Positions 46,614 through 57,230 of a DNA stretch of 64,000 nt are shown in pieces. The DNA is from Camelus ferus (lineage: Eukaryota). The stretch is taken from the NCBI RefSeq assembly GCF_009834535.1, contig NC_045706.1:70928001-70992000 (forward strand). Reading direction: 5' to 3'. The first letter of the stretch is position 1; each line of letters begins with the position of its first letter. The notes beneath the pieces were generated by a model that worked only from the letters and a program-made list of their open reading frames with translations, did no database searches and was not told the origin of the DNA. The translations under genes were made by a program, and so were the position numbers.

Positions 46614-47784
46614 TACTTCATCAACATAAGATGGAATGTTTTTCAGTCTTTAAAAAGAAGGATATTCGGCAATAATGACAACATGATGAACCTTGAGGAT
46701 GTTCAAGGTGAAATAAACCAGACAGGGAAACACAAATATTACAGGACCCCACTTATACAAGGTACCTAAAGTAGTCAAATTCTTAGAATTCTGGAGAGGA
46801 AGGGTGGTTGCTGGGGGCCGGGGGAGGTGGGGGGAGTGACTCATCGCCAGACAAAGTCTCAGGTGAGCTGGATGAGTGAGTCCTGCAGACCACTGTATAA
46901 CGTTGCATGTTAACTCTTACTGTAGTCGACAATACTGCACCGCACGCTTACACGTCTCTTAGCAGCGTAGAGTGCCTGTTGTGGTCTTAAAAACCACAAC
47001 AAAAGAAAATTTAAAAGCAGAAGCATGCGCTGGCCACGTGGCAGCAGAGCTGGGAGGGAAGAAGTTAGGCTCCTCCCTTCACTGCCCACTTGGCTCAATC
47101 AGCTCGACCAGCAGGCATCTCCCGCAGGCACAGGTGAGGGGTCAGACACGAGGGGTTTTGCAGGGAGGACTGTGTGACTTTGGGGTCTCTCTGGGGACAA
47201 GGGTAAAACGAACAGCGACCAGGACTGACCAGGTTTATCTTGCCAAGAACAGACACAGGGACCTCTCAGGGTCTCTCCATTATCTGAGGACCGGCTCACT
47301 CAGCAGGATGGCGTTAGAATCAAAAGCTCTTCCTTGCTGCCACAGATGGCACCTGAGGGGCAGTCACAGCCGACCTCCTGCTGGAAGGAGGCCCGGAGGT
47401 GGGCAGGGTGGGGCCCCCTAGTGATCTGAGCAGCCCTAAACTGTCCCTGCACAGAGGGGGCCCTCCCACCTCACTCACACCAACGCCCCGCCACAAGGGT
47501 AGTAACAGATAGTGTCTTCCATTAACTGTTGAATGTGAATTAGTTAATTGCTGACATTCATTTACTTCATTCAGCCAGTCATTCAAGGAAGAACTTTGCA
47601 TAAATAAAGGATGTTAACTAGCTCCTGAATGCCAGCTTACAAAGGTCAGTGAGACCCAGATCCTGCCCTCCTCCCTGCCCCCTCCTCCCCAAAAGCAGCA
47701 GGCTGCCTGGAGAGGACCTCCTGATGCAGAAACAATTAGCCCTCACACACGCAGGTGAGAGTCCTGCGCACGGTGCCGTGGAAA

Positions 47785-48215
47785 CATTACTGAATGCAAG
47801 TTCATGTGCCCGACACAACACAGCAACGTCAGAGTTTGGAGCAGAGAAAGGTTGATTGCAGGGCTGAGCAAGGAGAGTTTTCTTATGCGCAAGAAAACCC
47901 TGAACTCCCAGAAGGGATTCAGCTGAGTATTTCTAAAGACCAGCTGAGGGAGGGGCGGCCCAGGGTATGTGATCAGCTGTGCACAATTTTCTGATTGGTT
48001 GATGGTGAGCAAGCCCTAAGCGCCAAAAGGTCTGGGGGCCATGGGCTCATGATCAAGTAGTTCATTTCTTGCATTTGGTGGTGGTTTTTGGCATCTGAAA
48101 AACTCAGGAAATATGTATGAGATACTATTATCTGGGTACTTCGGAGAGGGGCTACAGCAGAGGAGAAGAGGGGAGGGTCTGGCCGTGGAAGGCCCCCTAG
48201 GGTTTTAGCTGCACG
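47785..48215 (-). mobile_element. Solo LTR (LTR-D) of the same family as the adjacent provirus
   Basis: Reverse complement aligns to 48308-48727 and 53830-54295 (e.g. tgagatactattatctgggta vs tacccagataatagtatctca). Confidence 0.88.
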
Positions 48216-48307
48216 AGGAAAGATGGGTTCATGGAGGGAGGGCTGCTGGGGGAGCACTTGGAAAAGGGACCTGGGGGTGACGGCAGGGGCAGGAAGAGGT
48301 CTGCTTG

Positions 48308-48727
48308 TGTAACGGAGCAGACCCTGTGGGGCCTCCAGGGTCAGACCCTCCCCCATCCTCTGCTCCTCTCCTAAATACCCAGATAATAGTATCTCATGTG
48401 TATTTCCTGAGTTTTTCAGATGCTTAAAACCACCACCAAGTGGAAGAGATTAACTACTTGATGATCAGGAGCACGCGGCCCCAGGACTTCTGGGCTATAG
48501 GGGTTAATGGTGTTGACCCTGTTATCCCCTCACCAGCCAATCAGAGGACTGTGCACGAGCTGATCGCCTAGCTTGCGACCCCCTCCCTCACCTGCCTTTA
48601 AATACGCCTTGTTGAACCCCTCAGTGAGTTTGGGGTTTTCTTGGGTCTGACCACCCCAGCCTAGGCGCTTGGATGTTTCAGTTTGGCCTCATGGTGCGTC
48701 GGGCACATGAACTTGCCTCCGGTAACA
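48308..48727 (+). mobile_element. 5' LTR
   Basis: TGTAAC...GGTAACA; CCAAT at 48537-48541 and TATA-like TTTAAATA at 48597-48604. Confidence 0.88.
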
Positions 48728-48730
48728 ATT

Positions 48731-48749
48731 TTGCAAGCCAGCACAGGAG
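48731..48749 (+). promoter_or_regulatory. Degenerate primer-binding site, tRNA-Arg(ACG) type
   Basis: TTGCAAGCCAGCACAGGAG vs TGGCGAGCCAGC-CAGGAG (complement of the tRNA-Arg-ACG 3' end): 2 substitutions and 1 insertion, 3 nt after the LTR end. Confidence 0.7.
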
Positions 48750-49501
48750 TCTGTGCCGTGGCAGGCAGCCCCTGGCCAGGGGCAGCCCCTTCCCTGGGCC
48801 CCAGCAGCTGCCGGAGCTCACTTGGCTCCAGGGAACCAGGAGGGACTGTCCCCCACAAGCACCGGCCGCCCCAGTGCGTGAGGCTGTTTGGAGCCAAGAA
48901 AAGTCCGGAGCTGCGTCCACTGCGTCCACACTCGGAGTCGCCTGAGGGTGAGTGGCTCCAGCGCATGCAGGCTGGGAATTATTCTCTCCATCCATCTGGG
49001 CTCATTTCCATTGGGAAGGGAGCCCCTCTGGGCTCATCACCAGCCACTCTGGGTCCGTCTCTGGGCCCATCTGTTTGGAGGCCTCTGTCTGGGAGTGGGA
49101 TTCGGGGGCCACACCTTGCCTGATCTTTTGTTTGAGGGACCATGTTTGTTGTTTGTATGTGTGTGTCAGAACTTGCATTGGCCGGTTGAGACATCTTTGA
49201 GTAATGGGCTCACGTGTGACGACACCAGGGTGTCCTTCCCTACTGCACTGGCCTCACCCAGGGCGGAGCGTGGGTCGGGGTGTTCCCTTTCCAGCCTTGC
49301 TCCTTCATGCAGCTCTGATGGGGCACTGGTTGGGGTTCGCCCCTTGTGGACTGACAGGGCATTGGTTAGGAGTCTCCCTTTTGGCGCCCGGGAACTGTGA
49401 CCCAGAGGGGCTGTTTTGAATTGTTGTTTGCTAGATATTTGATACCATCGGCTGTGAATAATTAAGTGTGGACGATCAGAGAGCTCTGTTCCATCCTATA
49501 T

Positions 49502-49683
49502 ATAGTCCTCCTGGAGTATATTTTGCAAAACTGGGAGATCTTCAGTTATGCTGCCATGAATGAAAGAAAATGATATTTTTACTGTAACGCTGTGTGATCT
49601 GAGTCCTCCTTGAGATCTGGGGTACAGTGGCCCTGACAGCTCTGCTATTATCTCAAAGTGGACCCTTCACAATTGGGCTTTTA

Positions 49684-49685
<2 letters not shown>
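49502..49685 (+). pseudogene. Decayed retroviral gag (matrix) fragment
   Basis: The frame from 49511 reads LEYILQNWEIFSYAAMNERK*YFYCNAV*SESSLRSGVQWP*, matching the class I gag N-terminus pattern (SPLGCILKHW...KKKRLIFFCNTAWPQY...GEKWP). It has several stops and is terminated by (GT)20. Confidence 0.75.

Positions 49686-49725
<40 letters not shown>
49686..49725. repeat. (GT)20 microsatellite inside the ERV gag remnant
   Basis: Direct reading. Confidence 0.97.
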
Positions 49726-49726
<1 letters not shown>

Positions 49727-51385
49727 GGTACCTGAGTCCAAATCCTGTTCTCTCTTCCTACTTTTGCTAAAAGTGAGGCATCTGAATGTGAGGAAATGAC
49801 ATATATATATTATTGTCTAGGACTGTTATTTCTTTAAACTGGAGTGGATATTTGGGAACTGAAAAAAAAATCCCTGAAAATAGCCAAGATGATTGGGTTT
49901 TGTGTAAACTGTCAGAGGGAGAATTTGCGTTTCTCTTTCTGTGCCTTTGAGATGTAAACGATCTACCTGGGCTCTGAAGAAAAAAATTTTTTAGACTCCA
50001 ACAGAAAAACAGTTCTCTGCTTCTGTCTTTAGGTCAACATTAGCATATAAAAGAGCTCTATTTAATTGACTTAAAAGTAGGCACTTACAAATTAAACACT
50101 TCTAAGTATAAAAGAAGCTAGACAACAAATTTCAGGCTCCTGTGATCTAGGAAGTAGTCAATATTAAATGAATATCTGAAATTAAATCTGGCAGAAGCTT
50201 GTTGGTATAATCAACACAGACATGCCTTTTATTGCGCCCAGATTTGCTGAAGGTCAAATGTTCATGTTTCTGTTACACAGTTTGTCAGAAAGGAAAAAAA
50301 TTCAATTCACTTGGTATAACAAAATTCTTATAAGTAAATTAAATGCAAATGACATGAGTTTTTGGGTGAACTCATTGGAAATAATTCTGTTTTAGGAATG
50401 TCTACTTAAAAATAATGACTTCAGACACTTGGTAACTTGAAATTTTGGAGTTTTGTGAAGTTAAATGATGGAATTTTTAGAATAGCTGGGTCATTCCCAA
50501 ACAAAACGAGATCCTGGGATGTTAATCACTGAACATTGGCCTCCCTTTGCAGAGGAACTGAAGGTGTTTAGGACTTACTAAAATACGTTTGGTGCCACAC
50601 TGAGATTTTTATAAATGGCACGTATGTTTAGAAGTTATTTTTGGTATTTGTGTTTGCCAGTCTGCAGAACGCTCATGTAAAGGGCTGTTCGTATTTGTTA
50701 CTTCTTTGTTCTCACTAGAAATTAAAATTTTTAAGAGCTGAGGATTCTACCTTACGTATGCCATTAAAGCTACTAAAAATAAGAGGACATTTCGGTATGC
50801 AGGAGGAAAGTAGGTTATACGTTTTGAGTTAAAAAAAAAAAAGAAAAATGTTTTCATCCTAAAGCTGGTCATTTCTACATGAAAAAAAATAAGGGACAAG
50901 CTTACTATGGACACAGAAAGTTGCTGGAAGTTTGCAGAAAGGGAGCCCTAAAAAGGGAGTTTTGTGCGTGATTGGGCTGAGGTTAGATTACACTTAAGTA
51001 GGTAACTGGGTTTTGTTATTAAAATCCTGGTGCAGGACTGGATCTGCTTCCTCTCTGTTAAGAGAACAAGTTGACTCTGTGATAACAGATGTTTCTGACA
51101 ACAGATTGTGTGAGATTTTTTGACGTTGTTGACAAATGTCTATCAAATTCTAATCAAAGTTCTTTTGACTCAGGCTAACTTTGGGAGGCTTCAGAGGCCC
51201 CCTGAGGCATCTCAGAGAGAAATATTTAACTCACCAGGACTGGTTGGTGTGTTAAATTACACGACATTGTCAAATGAGTGAGAAGCTCCCTCAGACTACA
51301 TGGTACGGGTAACTGTTATTAATGTAGACTTTCTGGGAATTATTTAACATTTCTGAAAGGTAGATATGTCCTGGTGTAATGCTGT

Positions 51386-52014
51386 TGTTGCCGAAAGATC
51401 AGTCCCCATCCTTGATGAGCCAAACAACCCAGAGACGAGGTCTTGGACCTTAGAAGAAAAAGGGCAGCTTTATTACCTTGCCGGGCAAAGGGGACTCCCA
51501 GCGGGCTAGTGCCTTCAGAACCATGAGCGCGTCTTAGGGTTGGGGCTTAGTGATTATATAGTGAACAAATTGGAGAGTAAAAGCGGATAGCGGTCAACAG
51601 GAGTCTCTCTCTGCTGAAGCTTCCTCCTGAATCTTGGCGAGTCTGTCCGGCACCATGGGACCGTCCGGTGGTCTGGAGGGTCATCAGCCTGCGACCTTTA
51701 TCTGATCAGACCCATTAGGTGCCAGGAGGGACTTCGGAGGGCCTGGTCACTCTCCTGAGGTTGTCGTCCGGTGGCTCCCTCCATAGGGGAGTGACTCAGA
51801 ATCCAAACGTGACTGTAAATATCAAATGCCAGGGTGAGGCGAAACAAACAGGACAATTAACAACTCCACCTCTAATTCTAATTGTAACAGTGGGCCTGGG
51901 GCTGGGGGCAGGGTCCAGGCCAGGCAGGTTTGCTGACTGTTTTAAAAGCGAACGGCAAGTGTAAGGCTAGGAATTAGTTAGCCTGAGCGCGGCCGTTTTT
52001 TTTTATTTCTTTCA
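51386..52014 (-). mobile_element. Younger CpG-rich solo LTR (LTR-E) inserted antisense in the provirus
   Basis: tgttgccgaa...ttctttca termini, minus-strand AATAAA (ctttatt at ~51468), 4-bp TSD CTGT/CTAT (51382-51385, 52015-52018), AP-1 site TGACTCA at ~51792. Confidence 0.75.
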
Positions 52015-53811
52015 CTATCAGTCACAATTCTAATTGCTCTAGTCATAATTCTAGTTCTAGTCTAGTTATCTTATGCCACACAACCTGATTAATCTTCCTT
52101 GTCAAAGACATTGTAACCAGATCTTTAACCTTGCCTTTTTAAGTCTCTTGTCATTCATAGACAGTTCCGCTGACGCTTTGCAAAACTGCTTCATCTTCAA
52201 TAAGATTCATAAAAATGACTTTTTGGCAAGCACAGGTTTCTTATCTCTTAAATCATACTGCTGAACTGGGTACGATGTTTAAAAGGTCTAATGCAAACCC
52301 TGATTTCATAAAACAGTAAAAAGGGTTAATTACACTGGACTGAGTAAACTGGTGAATATGGTTATACTTTTTTGGTTTTGCCTGAAATATTACTGGCTTT
52401 TAATCTACACTTCCTAATTGAGTTGTTTATCAGATGTTTGTCTCTGAATCGGTAATATTATTTTACTTCCAACCACATTGTTGCCCCCAGTGTTTAGGAT
52501 AGAAAGAGAATTCTCTCATGGGGTTGTCACAGAGGATAAGTACTCATGACGGACAATGCTGCTTGCTCTGTGTCTGTTGCTAAAAGCACATGTGCAATGC
52601 TCCTGCCACACCTGGGTTAAGGGATAAAGTGTGTGGCCTGTGAATGTTTCCCCATGAACCTGCCTCTGAGCCTGTTCGCGGCATCTGGTTAGTTTTCCCC
52701 CCACGTAGATAACAAAACAAATACAAAGGAGGCCTGGCACCAAGGGACATGACCTGACCCTGGGGCAGGAGCGTCACCCCAGCATCGAGGGATGGATATT
52801 TTGATCATCAGTGCTTTCTGTTGAAAGATTTGCAGTCAGAGGGGAAATGATGGGGAAATCTGCACATACTGAGGTATGAGGAAGGTCGTTCTGCTTTATT
52901 ATAATTTAACTTAAACTTCACTGACCACAGTGGCCTGTTTTATGGCCTGTTGGACATGCATCGTACATCTGCGTTGGCCTTGAGGAGGGAAATGCATTTG
53001 AAAGTCAGAATGCAGTAGCTGTGGTTCAGACATCCAAGGTCAAACTAGGTGGCCGCTGGGGCGTGATGTCAGACACGTTCTTGTATCATTGATAACTCGA
53101 ATTTTCTGAGCTGTGTTCATACTTCAGAGACACCAGCCATTCTCAAAGCAGGGTCTGCTGGCAGCGGCAACCTTATGACTTCAAGGTCTCCTCTTGTCGC
53201 TATTAAATTTTTAGAAAATAAAATTATTTCAGATCAGATGATAGCAGAGAAAAGGAGACGTGTAGTGGCCAATAGCTCGGGTTATGTATGTGTTAAAAAC
53301 CACATCAGAATTTAAAACCTTCTCAAATGAGAGTAGACAGCTGGCTACCTGGCTACAGGTCTCCCCTAAAGTGCCAGGTCCAGACTGGTTTTCAGACTCA
53401 TTTTCATGAATTCCTCTGGGAATGGGGAAGGAGATCTATTCTGTCTGTTACAGTTCTGGTCGTCGCTCCTCCAGCTACTCCTAATCAGGTCTCCTGGACC
53501 TCAAAAGTGGGGACTAAAGGACTGGGGTCTTAATCATGCAAGACTCGGATCTGGGACTTGAAATGCAGGAATATTTTCAACTCTGTTTCTATTCCCTGAA
53601 TCGAGGCAGGACTATACCCCATTTCAGCAGGAAGTAGCTAGAGTGGTCATCGCCCCTTTCCCTGAAAGATTAGGGGAAGGATGAAGTAGGATTGGAGACT
53701 GAACCCAAGTCCCTGTAAAACTGGGCTCCTCTGCCGAATGGATGGTTAACTTGTCCAAAACGTTATTCCTTCTCTTGTCCAACACCTGTTTTCCTCTAGA
53801 CTGAGGAGTAT

Positions 53812-53829
53812 CAAAGAAAAGGCAGGAAC
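53812..53829 (+). promoter_or_regulatory. Polypurine tract
   Basis: caaagaaaaggcaggaac lies immediately before the TGTAAC of the 3' LTR. Confidence 0.7.
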
Positions 53830-54295
53830 TGTAACTGAGCAGCACCCTATGGGGCCTTCCAGGGTCAGACCCTCCCCCATGTCCTCTGCTGCAGCCCCTC
53901 TCTGAAGCACCCAGCTCATAGTATCTCATGTGTATTTCCTGAGTGCTCAGATGCTTAAAGCCACCACCAAAGGAGAAGAAACGAACTATCTGATGACTGA
54001 GAGCACGTTGCTGCCAGAGCTTCTGGCATCTGGGGGGTGACAGTGTTGACGCCCTGTTCCCTCCACATCAGAGGGCTGTGCACGAGCTGATCACACACCC
54101 TGTGACCCCCTCCCTCACCTGCCTTTAAATACGCTTTGCTGAAACCCTTTGGGGAGTTTTGGGTTTTCTTGGGCATGAGCCAGCCCAGTCCTCCTTGCTC
54201 GGCGCTGCAGTAAACCTTCCTCTGCTCCAAGCTCCGACGTTTCCGTTGGCCTGGCCTCGCGGTGCGGCTGGCACACGGACTCGCCCCCTGTAGGG
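53830..54295 (+). mobile_element. 3' LTR
   Basis: Roughly 80% similar by eye to the 5' LTR; poly(A) signal variant AGTAAA at 54209-54214; degenerate 3' terminus. Confidence 0.85.
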
Positions 54296-55091
54296 CGGGA
54301 GTAGGGGCCCTGGCTGTCAAGGAAAACAGTGTTTTGTGCGTGTGTGTGTAATTATTTTCTCTTCTGGGAAGAAGGTCCTGGAGCTGATCAGACCTGCCAA
54401 GGATCTGTAAGCACCTCTGCCTTCGGTAACGGCACGACTTTCGTGCTTTTGAGTAGGAGTGTGACTTTCCAGGGACACAGCTGTGCTCTAGAATGTTCCA
54501 GCAGGCAGCCGCGCAGCCGGACGAGCAGGCTGACCAGGCTGAGGCCTGAGTCTGGGTAAGCAGGACCGGGAGGGTCTGGGCACCGACGAGGCCCGGCGGC
54601 CTTCGTCCCTGACCTTGGGCCCTGCTTTCTCCGCGGGAGAGGAGCCAGCACTGACCTGGGCTCTGACAAAGTTGTTGCTGCAACAGCGTCGATGGAACCG
54701 GCTCCCTTGGAAGGAGAGAGCGTCGCTCTCTCCTCGTGGGGCTGTTTGCACACCTTCTGTGCCGCTGGCGACACCCAGGGGTGGCCTGGGAGGCAAGTGG
54801 GCCACCGGGTGGGCCTGTTCTGCGGGGCTCAGATCCGAGGAGACACAGGGGCGTCACAAGGGGGAGGAATGTGAGACCAAACAGGAAAGGCTTCCTGGAG
54901 GAGGCTTCTCTGACGGTGAGAAGGAGGCAGGGGCTAAGACCTCCATGAGGGGTGAACAGAAGGCCAGGCAGGGCGACCACAGAGGGCACGGCCAGTGGCA
55001 GGGCCAGGGAGGGCCCTGAGCAGGAGGGAGGGTTGCTGACTAAGTATTTCCGAGCCACTGGAGGGTTTTCCTTTTGTTTTTAAAGTGTGGA

Positions 55092-55182
55092 CAAAGTCCT
55101 GAGTTCAATCCCCAGTATTTCCACTAAAAATAGATAAATTAAAACCTAATTACCTCCCTCTCCCCCCCCAAAAAAACCCCAA
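55092..55182 (+). mobile_element. 5'-truncated Vic-1-like SINE
   Basis: Starts caaagtcctgagttcaatccccag and carries the typical tail. 11-bp TSD TAAAGTGTGGA at 55081-55091 and 55183-55193. Confidence 0.85.
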
Positions 55183-55402
55183 TAAAGTGTGGAAGTGACC
55201 TCCTCTGATGTCTTTTTAAAAGTAATTTTTAATTTTGAAATAGTTCTGGAATAGGGCACAGACATGCCATGTACTTTTGACTCACAGCCCCCATGAGGAC
55301 AGCAAACAGCCCCACGGCCCACTGCCTAAACCACAGAGCTGGCATTGTTTCGGCAGTCCTCGTTCAGGCCCCCATCTGATCTGGATTCACCCATTTTCAT
55401 AC

Positions 55403-56197
55403 ATTGAGATGTAATTTAGGTACCAAAGAGTTCCCCCATTTGAAGCATACAGTTGAATGGTTTTTCTTATATTTACAAGGCTACGCCAAGCATCCCCATA
55501 TCTAATTTTAGAACATTTTCATCCTCCCCCAAGGAAAGCCCCTATCCATTAGCCATCACGCCCCTCCCCCACCTCCGNNNNNNNNNNNNNNNNNNNNNNN
55601 NNNNNNNNNNNNNNNNNNNNNNNNNNNNNNNNNNNNNNNNNNNNNNNNNNNNNNNNNNNNNNNNNNNNNNNNNNNNNNNNNNNNNNNNNNNNNNNNNNNN
55701 NNNNNNNNNNNNNNNCAAGCTTCATCCATGCATCAGGACTTCATTCCTTTTTATGGCTGAATAATAGTCCCATGTATGTGCATTTTATTTATAAAATACC
55801 ACATTTTATTTATCTGTTCATCAGTTGATAGACATTTGGCTTATTGTCACTTTTTAGCTGTTTGAGTAGTGCCACTGTAAACATTTGTGTACAGGTTTTT
55901 ATGTAGACATGTATTTTCATTTCTCTGGCATCGAGACCTTGGAGTGGAATTGCTGGGTCATATAGTAACTCTATTGCTAAACTTTGAGGACCTGCCCAAC
56001 TGTTTTCCAAAGCAACTTTACCACTTTATATTTCCACCAGCAATGTGTGAGAGTTCCAGTTGCTTCACATCTTTGCCAACGCTTATTACTATGTTTTGTA
56101 TCATAGCCGCCTTAGTGGGTATGACGTGGTGTCTCGCTGTGGTTTCAATTTGTACCTCCCTAATGATCACTGAGGTTGAGTATCTTTTCACTTGTGA
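55403..56197 (-). mobile_element. L1MB-like 3' fragment spanning an N gap
   Basis: ttgagatgtaatttag...ttttagaacattttcatc...cattcctttttatggctgaataatag...gaattgctgggtcatatagtaactc...ctccctaatgatcactgaggttgag. Confidence 0.85.
55578..55715. other. Assembly gap (138 N) within L1
   Basis: N run. Confidence 1.
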
Positions 56198-56989
56198 ACT
56201 CTTTCTAAAACATCACTTTAGATACTGGGTGAAGACAGTGTTGAAGAAAATAAGCATGGATGCAAGGAGGCCAGTCTGGGGCTGCCGGGCAGGCAAGAGG
56301 AGGTAGGGGCTTGGCCTGGGGTAGCTGAGGAAGGTGAGCGCAACCCCTGAATCGGGGTATGTTTTGGAGGAAAGAGAGCAATGCAAGTTGATCCCCAGGC
56401 CTTGGGGAGTACGTGTGGACCGGGGGTCAGAAGCAGAGCCTCTGTTTCTGGAGTTAGACACGCCTGGCTATGCGGCCTTGAAGACGTCACTTAACTTTTA
56501 GCAAAATCGCTTATTCTTGACTCATAACTTGGAACACCATTGTGGACGCTTGAAGAGTTCCTAGTTGTCAAATATTTGCAGTACTGTCAGATCAAGCAGC
56601 AAACGGACTAATTGGCTCAGCCCAGAGGTCAGAATTAGGGGCAGAGTTGGGCTCCATGTAAAAGATTTTTTTTCTGATAATGTGAACGATCTGCAGTGAG
56701 CCGGGCCACCCTGGCAGCTGTGAATCTGTTCACTGAGTGCTGAGCTGCTGGCATGATTTAAAGGGGCCTCCCTTTAAACAGTGAGGGTCAACTTGATGGA
56801 GGGTGAGGTCCACTATGACCCCGAGCTCTGGGCTCTTCCTGGACTCCAGTTTCACCATCTGTAGAATAAAAGTTGAAACCAGATAATGTGTGAATGTATG
56901 CAGGTGCTTTCACTCAGGAATTCTTCCCAGGACCATTAATAATCACTGACTGGAGGCACTGGGTGCTCCGGGCTAACAGCAAAGCTTAC

Positions 56990-57230
56990 TGATAACAACA
57001 GCTGGCATCGTATTAATGCCACTTATTAAGTACCACCCACTATACTAAGTGCTTTAAATCAACTAGCTCTTTTTAATACTAACAGCCTTAGCAGTAGGTA
57101 CCATCATTATCACTAAATCTACAGATGAAGACACTGACGCACAGAGAGGTTAGGAACTTGGTCAAAGTCACACAGCCCACCAGTAATGAAGCCAGGATGT
57201 AGACTCAGGCAGCCTGAATCCACAGCCCAT
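56990..57230 (-). mobile_element. Near full-length MIR
   Basis: tactaagtgctttaaat...gtaggtaccatcattatc...tacagatgaagacactgacgcacagagaggttaggaacttggtcaaagtcacacag. Confidence 0.8.

Larger units (their letters stand above)
44588..46624 (-). mobile_element. ERV1-class solo LTR (LTR-A), interrupted by three younger insertions
   Basis: Pieces at 44588-44721, 45159-45474 and 46614-46624. Termini tattgatga...tcatcaaca, with a reversed polyA/U5-type segment at the left end. Confidence 0.55.
44514..46990 (+). mobile_element. Old L1 3' end split by nested insertions (pieces 44514-44586 and ~46625-46990)
   Basis: ccaagatgtggaaacgacccaa...aaaatgtggactgtaca resumes as cataagatggaatg...aaaaagaaggatattc...gtgaaataaaccag...tagtcaaattc. 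Confidence 0.75.
48308..54295 (+). mobile_element. Decayed class I (ERV1; ERV9/HERV-W/MER4-group-like) provirus, LTR-int-LTR, apparently non-autonomous
   Basis: Two homologous LTRs starting TGTAAC, a PBS after the 5' LTR, a gag remnant, an AT-rich MER4-int-like interior and a PPT before the 3' LTR. No pol or env ORF was recognised. The right boundary is approximate. Confidence 0.85.

Noticed and set aside
53955-55058. 367-aa minus-strand ORF
   Set aside because: It runs across the 3' LTR and GC-rich flank, has low-complexity Pro/Arg/Gly/Ser composition and no recognisable domain; a chance ORF.
12002-55715. Similar-sized N gaps as a biological pattern
   Set aside because: All three fall in high-copy L1 3' segments, a typical short-read scaffolding artefact.
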